DNA of 64,000 bases, from positions 6,309,519 to 6,373,518 of the forward strand of contig CM082578.2 in the NCBI GenBank assembly GCA_040954595.2, written 5' to 3'. How positions within the stretch are numbered: position 1 is the first letter of the stretch; each line of letters begins with the position of its first letter. The position numbers and the translations under genes were made by a program. Of the stretch, positions 12,001 through 24,926 are shown in pieces. The notes beneath the pieces were generated by a model. It searched no databases and was not told where the DNA came from. It saw only the letters and a list, made by a program, of their open reading frames with translations. The stretch is from Balanoglossus misakiensis (taxonomy: Eukaryota; Animalia; Hemichordata).

Positions 12001-15000
12001 GTACACAACAACTGTAAATTTAGATGTGCTTGTATTCCTGTGTAGACCAGGGCAGTACAGTAACACACCTGGTTTCTAGCCAGGAATAACATCGAGAAAG
12101 ATTTACAACTAAAGCACTTGTCAAAAGGGCATATTTCAGTGAGCAGAACAGCATGTTTAACTCCTGTGGAACAAAGATGACCAAAATAATATCAAACTGG
12201 AACAACTTTGTTCATGTAATAATAAGAAGTGTTTTTCTTGATTCTCAAGGTGTTTGATGACAGTGTTGATAACTGGTTGCCACTGTACGTCTACCACGTC
12301 CCAGCAAACTCCAGCCACATCCTGCTGACTGACCGACTCATGTTTGCAGTCATCGGGAATGCTGGAAAGGTCAGTTTCTCAACAACTTCTTGCTTTACGC
12401 TTCAAGCTGTTTTATGGCCAGTATCTGTTGATATTTTAGTGAGATAGGACCAGGAATACCATTTTTCAAATCCCTGGGCGCTGAGAGTGTGGTGTCAAGA
12501 GTATGGGACAAATAATCCCCAACTAGTGTGAGAAGTATGATCCCAGGTCCTCGGGAGTGTGAGATTGTATTAATCTCAGTTTATTTCTACCCATTTCTTG
12601 GTCAGTATCACAGCTTGGGAATGATGCCTGTTTAAATATTACTCCTCTTTCCCTCGTTTGGGTGGATGCACCTTTTACAAAAAATGTTCTACAGACATCC
12701 ATAGAATTTTATAGCCTATTGAATTTCTATAGAAGTCTATAGAATTTCTATTGACATCTATAGATTTCTCTGTAGTTTTGGACCCTTTTTCTATTGAATT
12801 CTGTAGATGTATGCTATGGATCATTTTTGTAAGGGAACCCTGCCGAAACCTGCGTAGATTCAGGATTTCTGAAGTATTTGATCTGTTTCCTTTTTAGGCC
12901 TCGTTGAGCGTCATTTCAAACCAGATGTCCGAAACGTCCTCGCCGAGATTCGACGGCGACACCAACATGGAAGCGATGGTGCAGATGTTTCCCATCCCAG
13001 ACGGGGAGAAAATCGTGGGCGTGCACAAGGCGAAATTCCCGTCCACGTACCTGGCAGACAGACTGAAGAAGGAGGCGGAGGAGAGGGCGGTGGCCGGGAG
13101 TCCCAGACGGAAGATTCTGGAATCTAGAATGGCGTCCAGCGATTGGAACTTAGAGCCGCAGAAAGACACGGTCTTGGATGGGTGTGTGGTGATAACTGAT
13201 GTTGCCGTGTACCAGTGCAGACCAAGGTGAGGCTCGGTGTGTTTCAGTTTTTGCATGATTGATTGACAGGAAGGAAACAGTTCTGATTGGTCCCTGTCAT
13301 TGTAGATGGGCGTGGTTTTGATGAATTTTCATAATTGTAATGTTTTATCAGCGTCAGTATTTCTAAACCATCAGTGCTGCTCTAACCTACTTAGTCTTAA
13401 CTGGAGGATTTCTCCAAAGCCATTCTTTTGTAGTTTTATCAGAATTCCTAATTTTAAGACGTTTACTATGTTGAGAGTCACTTTTTTGCAATGTTATTTG
13501 AGTCACAGTCACTGCCTTTGTTTCTGTTTGCTGTCAAACATAACAACACAGTTTTTATATTTGACTGCAGACTTTTCCCCTCGTCACCATCTTTTCACAC
13601 ATTTATTTTAACTGAAGGGTTTCACCAGAGACGCTATTTCTTCAACTAGCAGTGCAGTACAGCGACACTACACTGGCAGACAAACTTGGCATCGTTCTGG
13701 ATCTGGACGTCAATACCCTTTACGAATCAGCAGCTCTGCTTAGACTTTCCAAGGGAGAATTTACCCAAGCCATGAAACTTTTCAGCCTCTCCAAGGTAAG
13801 CTTTAACCCTTTCACCTCTAGTTTCCCCTATAGACCTATAGAGGTCCATTTTTCCCATCGGATACATAGATTTGGACTGAACCACGGTGGTGAAAGGGTT
13901 AACATGTTGAAAATGGTTCATGTATGTGAAATGTTTTATCAAGATACGTGAATATGTATGTATGTTGGTGAGGATAGATAAAACCAGTGTTCTCCCCAAG
14001 AATCTCTGATAGCATAGCAGGCCATTTGCATAACAATTAAAGTAACTGTTATGTTTATCAAGTTCTATCATTTTGTCAACATTATAAAGAGTAAGTCATA
14101 GCCGCTCTTGGGTGAACACTGGCTATAACATGATACAGTCAAACCTGTGTTACGGGCCACCTCTATATAGTGGCCACTTTGTTACAGTCTCTGTGTTTAA
14201 TATATGTACATTAATTGACCTGTCTTTAAAGGCGACCTGTCTATAAAGGCTAGTTTAGGAGAGTCTCCTGACTGGCCACTGTGGACAGGTTTGACTGTAA
14301 CTGTTGTTTCCATTTCTGGCCATGCAGTGTAACAACATGAAGAGAGTGTCCAGTTTTGCCAAATACGGCCGGATGAAGGAAATCCTGACCCATCTCAAAT
14401 TGGTCTTGAACCGACCGGCCGAACTGTTGCCCAATGAGAGGAAGCAATTGTCCAATCTGGCCGTCCACTGCTACGTGCAACAAATTGTGGAGTGTCAAGA
14501 CAGGCATATGGAGAATACGTTCAAGTAAGTTGCAGTGTGTCGATAATTAGGATTAAGTCTCTGGAAAAAAAATGACTCAACTGTGAGGCGACATGAGATT
14601 CATTTCTTGATGGAAAGTTTTTTCAGACATATAGAAGACCCCCCCCCCCCACCCATTGATCTTTGATGTGTTGTTTTTTTGCAGGCAGTTTTTGACGGAC
14701 AGCTTTGACTATGATGAAGTGACGACACTGAAGTTACTGGCGGAACATGGCATGTATGAACTGATGATGAACATAGCCAGGGTGAGTATTGACCCTCAGT
14801 GTGTCTTCACAGTCACTGCATTTGCGGCGAGCTCTTATTCCTCAGCAGCATTTCATCTGTAGGCTGCGGAATTTCAGTTTGACTAAGAATGCCATATGGG
14901 GTGCCAGTTCAGTTTTAGTATTCCCCAGAACATGATCTATTCCCTATGCATATTCATGACTCGTGCAAACCCTATAGCTGGAGAGTGTCGTTTAACCCTT

Positions 15001-18000
15001 TCACCACCATGGTTCAGTCCAAACCCACTGTTTTTTGTGGTAAGGTTGAACCTCTAATGAGGGGGTGGACGTGTGCTGTCTTGTTCTGATGAATTCAAAA
15101 ACTGGAGCTATGTCCATCCTGTCTGTCTGAGTGTGAGAAAACTGAACATTTTAAGCAAAAATTTGTCTGTATCACCTAGGCCCGGGGTCACTTGGATCAA
15201 GCTTTAGATATTGTCATCAAAAAGGGATTGTTACAGTTAGACGCGGACACCACAGCTCAGCTGATGGCTCAGGGATTCTCTGCTGCCATGGCAACCCCTG
15301 CAGGAGCATTACTGAGATGTATGACATCACCCGACCTTGTGCACCATCTCTTGAACAAGGTAAAGTGTGTTTTTGACATTGAATGAATGAATGTATAATC
15401 CATACACATCAATCATGAAATCTTTCTGTTTAACTGGTTTGTACACCAGTCAGCTTATACACTGTAGTTCAAAGTCATCATCGATCAATTAATCAATGTT
15501 CTGACCTCGAATGAGCATATGGACCTCTCAAAATTATAAACTGGAAACCAGGCACAATGCCAACTGATAATTTGAACTTGATCTAGTAATTGCTTGTCAG
15601 TGAGAACTTTCACAAAAATGCTATTTTTAAATTTTGTATCCACAGCCTGAGTTTACTCAGAAATATCTGATTGCGATGAAATCGTGCATCGGGGAATTAG
15701 ACATCGATACATTGCTGAGGATAGCAGAACTGTTTGATCCTTCCAGACCCACCATCAAAATGCTCTTACATAAGGCTTCAGTCAAGGGAAGAAAACGGTG
15801 AGACACCACTGACATGAAAAACCGTATAATCAATAGCCCTGACACAATATAAAAGCATAGAATGCTCAAAACTTGGAATTCTTGAACTCTGACCTCCTGA
15901 TGACCTGTGACATGAGGGATAAGCAAATAACATACCACACATGTAGTAGAACATGTCAAACACAACAAAATGGTACAGAAAGCAGAATTGTTTCCTGAAT
16001 TGCTTTTTATTAGGGGGGGGGCAATATCCTTTCCATTTCTAGTATTTGCCTTCAGGGTGTGCTTCCATCTTGACTTTGCATCGTGCCCTACATTCTCAAC
16101 ACAGAGTGTACAGTAGTCAGCTGTTTCTGTCATACTATAGTCTGTTTTAACAACTAGCGGTGTGGATCAAATTCATTATAGAAAATTAAACTTGGGTTTC
16201 ACGGCATAAATCATAGCACGGACATCCATGATCAGAGCCATCGACTCATTGAATCATTGCAGTAAATTAGCTTGGTGTATGGCCACCTGGCCTGCAGACA
16301 TCTCACTGCTTAATATCATGTTATATATGACGATATTATTTTTCTGTGGGTTAATTGATAGGTCGCCCTCGTCAAGTTCAATAGCGTCAGCCTTCAGCAC
16401 ATCTAGTGACTATGCATACCAGGTAAGAATTTCAGTCGAGTATTTAAGAATTAATCTGTCAGTACAGTCAGTCAGGCAATACTCTGCACTAATATATTTG
16501 TGCATACTTTGCCTTATTTTTGTAGTCCACCTTATATTACATTATGACCTCAGTATAAAATTCATATAATGTTTTCAAACAAACTCATTCTTATTTGTCA
16601 GTGGAAGAAAGTCATATCTGCATATTTCTAAATTTCTACACGACTGCCACAAATATGTAGATTTTCAAAATACCGGTAATAACAATATGTCTCCAAGCTG
16701 GAAGCATACAATGTAAGTAATCAAATACCAACAAAATAATTACTTGATTGTAAGACTACTTTTCTCAGTGATAGATTATAGCTTGTCCATTGAATACAAA
16801 ATTATGTTTATTTCACTCTACATTATTATGTAATTCAAGTGAAAAATTATTCTGGTGTAAAAGTTGTTATAAAAGTTGCTCAAATTACAGAAGTTAATAG
16901 AATGAATATAATAATTTGTTTTATGTAGGAGACAAGTCTGCCCAGGGCCGAAGCTATCATTGAATTCTTCTTGGAAGTGCTACTTGTATTGAATCACAAG
17001 AGAAATGTCCTGAAAAGGACTCATACAGGGTGAGCATGTATTCGTTCTGCTGATTGCTGAAGAAATCATGATTTGTTGAAGGGAACTTTATTTGACAACA
17101 ATTCTAATTATATGTTATGGATTTGTCACACATGTATTTGACACTTTCTGCATCACGCATCCTTTAGTTTGCACCGTAGTCATTTTAGCCTAACACTCCC
17201 CCCCCCTTTCTTTGATACCAGTTCATTTTCAGGCTATCAAGATGAAAGCTTATCAAACAGTCAGCCTTCATCGCCGCAGAGCAGTCCAAGAAAGAGAAGT
17301 CGTGTGCCCAAACAGGTGACAGTGCTTAGCTGTGGGCATTCCCATGCGGCAGCTGTGTGCCACGATGATCTGTATACGTGGGGGAAAGCTCATAATGGCA
17401 GGTGGGGACATTTTTCATATATTTTATACCGTTACTACATAGTACATTCAACTAGTCAACATGATAGTTCTGATGGCACCATATGAACAGTTACAGTCAA
17501 ACCAGTGTTAGTATATATGGCCACCTCAATAAAAAGACCACCTCTATATAGTGGCCACTTTGTTACAGTCCCTGTGGAATTAACATGTACATGTACATTG
17601 ATTGACCTGTCTGTAAAGGCCACCTGTCTATAAAAGCCAATTTAGGAAAGTCCCTTGACTGGCCAGTATAGACAGGTTTCACTGTGTCTGCATATTGACT
17701 TGGTGTAGGGTTATATAATATGGCTGTCTACCTGAGGGAATGTGACTCACCCCAAAACTGTCTAGCTATTTCCGGAGTCTGAAAGCCGGGATAGAATCCC
17801 ATATTGGGGTGACTTGTAGTCCCTAGGCAGACTTGTGCATGTATCAGCAGAAAAATGATGTACCCTTATGATGTGACAATGATTTTAACCAGTCATGGTG
17901 CACAAAACAATTCATGGTACAAAAAAACAGCCAGGAAATAAAATCCCATGCCACTCTCTTTGCAGACTGGGACATGGTGAGATCATTGTGGACACCGGGA

Positions 18001-21000
18001 AGGTAATTCCGTTCCGAGTGGAGACTCTTCACATGCACAGAATCAAGGTGACCTCAGTGGCATGTGGAAAAGAACACACACTGGCTTTGTGTCAACAAGG
18101 GGTAAGTTCGAATAGTATCATAAATGTGCAAACTGATCACAACTGGAAAGACTCCAAGTGTATGTACAGTGAAAACTAATCTGGAAACTTGTTTATACAT
18201 GTATATACTGAAAGACTTTTCCAGTTCCCAATTGCTTAGGACACTATTATTAAAAGAACCTCTATAAAGCAGATACCTCTGCGACTGGGCAAAATCACAG
18301 AAATACAATGTCAGCAATAAAAGTGATACCATAATTACATCAAGTACAGTATCTGAAATGAATATGAATATCTGTCTTCACAAAGTTTAATCTCCAGCTA
18401 GGATAGAGAACAGATCCCAACACTACGGGCTACTGAACCCATTCCATTGTTAACTTGTCCAAATCTCTGACAAAAGGTAACAAATAACCAAAACCTTCTC
18501 TCACCTCTCTGCTGTAGGTATATGGTTGGGGTTCATCCAGACATGGTCAGGTTGGAATCGGTAGTACACAGACTCAGACCAGACCAGTCTTGCTGACCGA
18601 GTTCTCCGATCAGAAAATAGCGGCCATAGCGTGCGGACAGTACCACTCTCTGGCTTTGTCACAAAACCACAGGTATGTATGGCTTCGTAGGATAGCTAGG
18701 GCACGTCTCAGAGTTGAATTCCCTGAAAGCACTATGTTGGCTCCAGTGCTTGCGATATTTGCTCTTTCAACTATTCATGCATCATGCGGAATATAGAAAA
18801 TCAGACCATAAGCACCATGAACAATGTGGTACCCCGAAATGTCTTCCAAACGAATTTTATCGTGTTCTGTACTTCATGAAGTAAATCTCAACCTTGTTCT
18901 TGTAAAAAAAATGTTGGTAATGTCATCTGTCAAATCGGAATGTTGTTATGCACTAAAAATCAAAACATAAATGTCTACACAATAAAAATGTAAAGTTTTT
19001 ATACAGTTTGATTTTCAATATGGCTATGATATTATCAGAATCGACTGTTACATGATTCTATCTTTGTTGTGTAGGGTATGGAGCTGGGGTTGGGGAGTGC
19101 ACGGACAACTCGGCCACGGTGACCCATGTGACCAGCACTTGCCCAAACCAATCGAAGCCCTCGCTGACCGTCAGGTGACACAAATCTCCGCCGGCTGCGC
19201 CCACTCGGTGGTGCTGACCCTCAAAGGTCGGGTCATGACCTTTGGTTGCAATAAATTTGGACAGCTGGGGAATGGGAAAACAGAAAAGTTGTCTTCACCG
19301 GTCGCTGTGTCGGCGTTGGAGAACTATAGGGTTGTCACGGTTACAAGTGGTTTCTTTCACGTTGTAAGTCAAACTGAAACGTTGTGACATATTCATAGAA
19401 TAGCGAAATTTGAAGGACAATCAATACGTGCCTCATCAATATAGAAAACATTAATAAAGTTTCCCCACATATTTATCACAATATTGAATGTTATTTGTAC
19501 TTGTAGGAGCTGGCTTTTATTCAAGTGTTGGTCAGCATACACAAGTCCCAGTATGCAGTGCACTCAGACTATACAAGTCTGAGTTAGCCACTGTACTCAG
19601 ATTGTACAATTCCAAATACTTAGACTTTGAAGTCTGACTCGGTCTTTGAACTCGGAGTATACACTTTGAAGTACTCTTATATACCTGATTTCACTTTTGA
19701 TTTCAATACTGATTTTGATATTATTTTAAATTACCAGTTTTAACACTGACAGTATTACTGTTTATTTTTTCCAAACCTGCAGGTTGCAGTGACTGCCAAT
19801 CCACAGATGATCTTCGTCTGGGGATGCCACCCGGCCGCTCTCCGGCACAAACTGTTGATGAGCAGACGTCGGCGAGCTGGACACCAGCAGCATCACCAAG
19901 GGGTGACGCAACACGCCTTTGAGACGGTTCATCTGACGCCCAGACCGTTGGATCATGACATCATGAATAGAGTCAAACAGGTGATGAAATTTTCCCATGA
20001 TGGTGGTGGATTGTTGGAGCAAGTATTCAATGTCACATAATTTGCCTTTGTATTCACTTGCGTGAGTGAAATAAGTGAAAGTAACACAATCAAAGAGGCA
20101 GTTATCGTAATCTGCATTTACAGTAAATGTATGCCATGGAAAGTCAGGATGTTGAATGTACCTGTCCTGTCTGTTGTTTTACAACTGCCTGAAAGCACTT
20201 AGTTTCGAGATGATCCATGTGTTCTTACCTAGCACAAATAGTGTCATCGATTGATTGCCCCAATCTGTATAATGTGCATTCATGAAATATTTACCCTTTC
20301 ACCCCAGTTCCCTGTATAGAGGTCCAACTCAACCATAGAGAGCAATGGATTTGGACCAGACCATGGTGGTGAAAGGGTTAAAATGCAGGGGTTTATTTTT
20401 CATCCTTGCCCCAGTTTTGCTGTTGTACATTGGTTGATGTCCCTTAATTCAGTATGGTCTTTTGATACTCTCACTCTTGATAGGTTGCCTGTGGCAGTAA
20501 CCACACACTGATAGTGACCGTGGCTGGTGAATTGTACTCTATGGGGAAGAATGACTGTGGGCAACTTGCTGTGGGTGCTTATAGAGTCGAACAGGTAAGT
20601 TGCAAGAGGAAGTGGTCAGTTGAGATTGGAATCTGGTATTAAGAAAAATTATATTCTTGGTATGAAAAGAATTGTTGAATATATATTGTTAGTGTATAGG
20701 CCAAACGTCATCTTGGAACAAAATGGGTGTTGAGGTTTGATAATTTAAAGGGTTTCAGTCTCAATTTTCCTCATAGATATTAAGTTGTATATTATGTGCA
20801 TCAAATTTTAAAATCTATTCCTAATGTACAATATTTTTGTCAACATCATTCCATTTTATAGTTTGCACCAACCCTAGTCAGACACTTCTCTGACAAACCG
20901 ATCATTGTGGTCGCAGCCGGTCACGAGTTTTCAGTGGTCATCGACATCACCGGTCACTGCTGGGTGTGGGGAAGAGCTGACCATGGTCAGGTAGGCTAAA

Positions 21001-24000
21001 CTGGACGGAGTTGTCAGGGGTCAGTCATTGTTGGTCATTGCTGCGTCTGTGTAGGGGAGAGTTGGTTGTTCATTACGTGGCGTAGAAAATAAAAACTAAC
21101 TTGCTCTGTACCCGTACTTAACTGAACACTGTAGTATCAACATCTGTTGCTGGAAATTGAACAGTGAGCAGTTGTGAATTGAGGTGAACATGAAACACTG
21201 GTTCACTTTCAAGCCATTTAATTTCTAAATCTCTGGTCTGTTGCCATCACTGTCAGCGAAAGACAACCACACTAAATTAATGGAGGGGGGAAAATGGCAT
21301 ATTCTATTTATTTTGAGAGAAAAAAATGGCTCATTTTCTTTCAGCTTGGTCTTGAGAGTGGCGCAGGAAGCAGGGGGACACTCCATCACCTGCCACAACC
21401 CGGAAAGAAACAGTTCATCGGTAAAGATGTGACGACCCCTGTCCAGTTGCCAGGGTTACCAATAGTCACCGTGTCAAGTGGACTGGGAACCAGTCTTCTC
21501 ATGGAAGATCTGCTCGACGAAGACACTTTGGTGTGTAATTTGAAGCTGTAATTTATTGGCCATAGCCATTTGCTCTTATTGTGTAAAATATGACTGATAT
21601 ACAAGTTTAAGCCCCATCAGCCGTTACTTTTGAGTACAGGTACTTCACAATACAATGACATCTCCTGACTGCTGTCTTTTCAGCATGGAAGTTGCATGTT
21701 GCCTGTACCACAATTTAGTCTGAATCTGCCATTTGCCTTTTGATGTATTTTCTTTTTCTTTCCTAATGCCTTGTGCCTGGTACTGTAACCTTTTGAAATT
21801 TCTGTCGGAATAGTCACCATTTTTTACAAACTGTAAAACTTCATCACTTGAGTTGGGACTAAACTCGATTAGTGCCTATGCCAACTATTTTTCAGTCCTA
21901 TTCTCATTGTAAACAAAACAGTTATTTATTTTCAGTTATTTTCACTTTCATTATGTTTGTTTGATTATGAGAATAAACTATTATTATTATTATTATTATT
22001 ATTATTTCTGTCACAAGAAGAATTTACCAGGTACAATTATTTGTATATTTTTTGACAGAGCGACGAGGCATCAGAAACCGAAGTGGAAATCAGCCTGCCG
22101 GAATTATCCCGAGCCGGGACGCAGAGCGTGGCGTACAGCCGGCAGTGCATCAGCATTGTGCTGCAGCACCTGCAGTCCTACTACAACCACGCCAGCATGC
22201 TGCGGCTGTGCCTGGACTACCACGACTGGGTGGGCGTGGCCGACGTCTACGAGATCGACAAGAAGTACATCTACAGTATGGCCTACCGACTGAGATCGTT
22301 TGGGGACAAAGGATGGGCTGCAGATGTCCTGGTCGAAAAGGCCAAGGTCGTGGTCCTCAGCTGTATACGGTGAGTATCACTTGTAGATGTAGGTTGAATA
22401 GAAATGTGTGCAGAAAGAAGTTGTTCCGTATTTCTGCTGTACCGTTTGCACAAAGATATTAAACTCAAAAATGATCCAAAATGATGCAGGTAATCCACGA
22501 CTACTGATAGATACTGTACATGTACACAGTTTGGCTAGACTGTGTGTGTTATCCTGTTAGCTGACGCACGTTGCGCAAAAGTATTAAAGTGCACAAGACT
22601 TCATGTGTATAGCTCTGTGGTGATTTAAATTCCGTCTTTCAACAGAGAACTGGAAGATGTCAAGCACTGGGAAGGTGGCAGTCCTTCAACCAGCGATCTC
22701 ACCTTTCTTTTGCATCAGGTATGGCAGGCAGCAATCTGATTAAAATCAGATGTAGAGTTTGGCGCCGTCTTCACTTTTGCTGATTCTTGTTGTATATTTA
22801 CATTAAATGACATTCGTCTAACAACAATGTTACTTCAGAAATCATGGCTTCCATCTCGCCATTGGAAACCTGAAATGTTGCAATCTTTTTTACAGTAACC
22901 ATGCACCCAAACAATCTCGATTCATGCTAGATTGTATGTTCCTATATTGAAACAGGTTCTGTGGTTTTGGCACTCCAAGTGTTTACCAACGCAGCCACTA
23001 GAATCTCTACTTGTGGATCACTTGAAATTGCTGGCCTACCCATTGAGTCTCATGTTATTCAGGTATGCTTGGTTTATCTTGTAATACTTTGGATCCATAG
23101 ACTTCAAAATACATGGATTAAACCATACCAGTGTGCAGTTTATATGCTTTCACACAGCTAGCCTGCTACAGTATTGACAGAACCAAAGTTTAATGTTATA
23201 GTTACCCATCATGTTCTAGAAATGCTTCAGTGTAAAAATTCATTTGCACATTTAATGCTTGGCTCCTTTATACTTTGAAATTGATTTTTGTGTGTGCACT
23301 AATTTCACATGATTTTCTGATATGTATTTTTTCCACTACTTTTATATCACAGAAGTTTTAATCAGAAATTAAATAAGTAAACATTCCTTAGAAAATAGGA
23401 GCGAATACCAATCTGTTTTGTGTTCAACTTTCAGTTCAAGCTCTCCAGGTGCGAGTGGAAATTTGACAGGGGAGACATCGATGAGTACTGGAACAGATGT
23501 CTCTCTGCTCACGGGTAGAGAAGATGCAACCTTGACCGACATTACAGTGTCGCTGCTCGATGTTCCCAACGCCCTCAAAAACAGCCTGAGCACCAAATTC
23601 TGTCTGCAGGTGACTTCCACTGTGGTTGACCAGATCAACGGCGGTCGTTCCCACCGAGAATTCAGCGAGGTGCTGATAAACGGCAGCAGCAGCGCCGGGA
23701 GCAAGGGACTTCTGGACGCAGCCCTGAAACACCAGCCCAGCAGCCGGGTGCCGGAGGACAAACTCTGGCAGGAGATCCTGTACAACCTGAAGAAGGACCT
23801 CAGCGCCAGGGAGTTCGTGCAGGTCTCGGCGGGCGACGCCCGGGGACTCACCGAGGCCCTGCGACTGCAGGTCCAGTCCGACACATACCGGGAACTCCCC
23901 CCGGGGGAAGGGGAGACCAACGTCATGGCCTTCTCCTGCGGCCACCACTTCCTGAAGCAGCCGTTCCTGCTGAGCGCCGTGCCGTTGTTCGAGACGGCCA

Positions 24001-24131
24001 TGAACGAGTTGCCGACGCCCCTCCCGGCCACGGCCGACGTCATGGTCCACTTGTACCGGCAGAACGGCTGTGTGCCCCTGGCCTGTCCCGACTGCGTTCT
24101 CAGCGCGGTCAAACAGTTAGAAATTGGATAG
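9015..24131 (+). CDS. Large (~1625 aa) RCC1-repeat protein with N-terminal beta-propeller-like region, helical region and C-terminal half-RING Cys/His motif; tentatively a claret/GLO-4-like Rab GEF
   Basis: 28 phase-consistent exons: 9015-9192, 9712-9779, 10036-10216, 10381-10448, 10666-10788, 11213-11357, 11517-11644, 12250-12369, 12898-13226, 13618-13795, 14328-14524, 14685-14781, 15180-15359, 15646-15797, 16362-16422, 16929-17029, 17222-17401, 17966-18101, 18518-18672, 19075-19363, 19783-19980, 20484-20594, 20862-20990, 21345-21530, 22059-22369, 22646-22718, 22956-23062, 23435-24131. RCC1 motifs include SCGHSHAAAV..LYTWG, ACGKEHTLAL..VYGWGSSRHGQVG, VWSWGWGVHGQLGHG, TFGCNKFGQLG, VACGSNHTL and WVWGRADHGQLG. 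A WD-like CMSFDPSGEWLVCAC lies near the N-terminus and FSCGHHF...CVPLACPDC at the C-terminus. The gene structure is solid; the orthology is inference. Confidence 0.88.
10934..11000 (+). mobile_element. Partial piggyBac-like MITE (right end)
   Basis: Ends ...ggtggtgaaagggttaa, as in the 13807 copy. Confidence 0.6.
12670..12835. mobile_element. MITE-like element with internal TCTATAG repeats
   Basis: Imperfect TIRs ccttttacaaaaaatg / catttttgtaaggg enclose repeated tctat(a/t)ga units. Confidence 0.6.
13807..13918 (+). mobile_element. piggyBac-like MITE, full-length copy
   Basis: ttaa|ccctttcacc ... ggtgaaaggg|ttaa, with a TTAA TSD and CCC termini typical of piggyBac. The family is repeated at ~10934, 14992, 20291, 26391, 39920 and 49955. 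Confidence 0.85.
14136..14297 (+). mobile_element. Tc1/mariner-type MITE
   Basis: TA|cagtcaaacctgt ... acaggtttgactg|TA. The internal ccacctctatatagtggccactttgttacagtc is shared with the 17494 copy. Confidence 0.85.
14992..15070 (-). mobile_element. piggyBac-like MITE, inverted partial copy
   Basis: ttaaccctttcaccaccatggttcagtccaaa is the near-exact reverse complement of the right end of the 13807 copy. Confidence 0.7.
17494..17684 (+). mobile_element. Tc1/mariner-type MITE (second copy)
   Basis: TA|cagtcaaaccagtg ... gacaggtttcactg; collinear similarity with 14136-14297. Confidence 0.8.
17725..17832. mobile_element. Small hairpin/MITE-like element
   Basis: The arms gtctacctgaggga..tcaccccaa and ttggggtgac..tccctaggcagac are complementary, around an inner stem ctatttccgg/ccgggatag. 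Confidence 0.5.
20291..20381 (+). mobile_element. piggyBac-like MITE copy
   Basis: ttaccctttcacc ... ccatggtggtgaaagggttaa. Confidence 0.8.
21979..22006. repeat. (TAT)n microsatellite
   Basis: About 9 TAT units in an intron; source of the poly-Y stretch in ORF 21961. Confidence 0.9.
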
Positions 24132-24853
24132 CAGCACCAATGAGTCAGCTGGATGGTTTTTATTTGTTACCAATGCAAGAACGTTCATGTTATGTTGCCA
24201 GGCTGATGCATCTTATATCTGCTTAGTCCAGTTTTGTTTTATTTACGGAGTACTCGAAGTTTGAATCAGTACTGCTATGCATTTTAGTACTAAAATTGTC
24301 TTCCTGTGCAAGAGTGGTATATCTTTATTTTGAATCGTTACCCATGTTCAAAACATACCGCAACAACGATCAAAATGGAAAATATACTAAGTTTAACAAG
24401 CCCCTGTTTTTATCTTCTGTAGAAAACAATGAGGGAAATTAATGAATGGTTTATCATGTACATTTTACATTTTATTTAACCCATTTGATCATTGCTTTAT
24501 TAGTGTAAACTTAAAAAAAAAACTATTTTGTGCCAGATGTAATATATTTGATTAGTATGAAGGAACAACTCTCGTTATAGATGAAACAAGACAGTTCAAG
24601 TATGATCGCATATTTCTTGATTTCATTATTTGAATTTGAGTCTTGCTCAAACTGTTGTACTTTGTAGTTCTCTACATAGCTGTCCTGTGGCCCAGACTGT
24701 ATTTTTTCAAGCTCAGGTTGCACATACCTGGAAATTGTGCTCAAATGCAAGTTTGAATAAAACGGATGATGACATTGATAGACAGTGTCGACTGGATCAG
24801 TTTAATTGGCACTCAAGGTGCAAATAATACCCAACAAAATAAAACGGTCCAGT

Positions 24854-24926
24854 GCAGTGCCCTCAATGGCAATGGTTGACGTTTCTTTAGAGCAGTGCCC
24901 TCAATGGCAATGGTTGACGTTTCTTT
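24854..24926. repeat. 38-bp tandem duplication
   Basis: gcagtgccctcaatggcaatggttgacgtttcttt occurs at 24854 and 24892. Confidence 0.9.

Noticed and set aside
17222-21530. HERC, RPGR or RCC1 gene symbol for the plus-strand gene
   Set aside because: No HECT domain, the RCC1 repeats are internal, and the long flanking regions do not fit those families as I recall them; symbol left blank.
23369-24112. Minus-strand ORFs of 247 and 204 aa
   Set aside because: Antisense to the GC3-rich terminal exon of the RCC1 gene.
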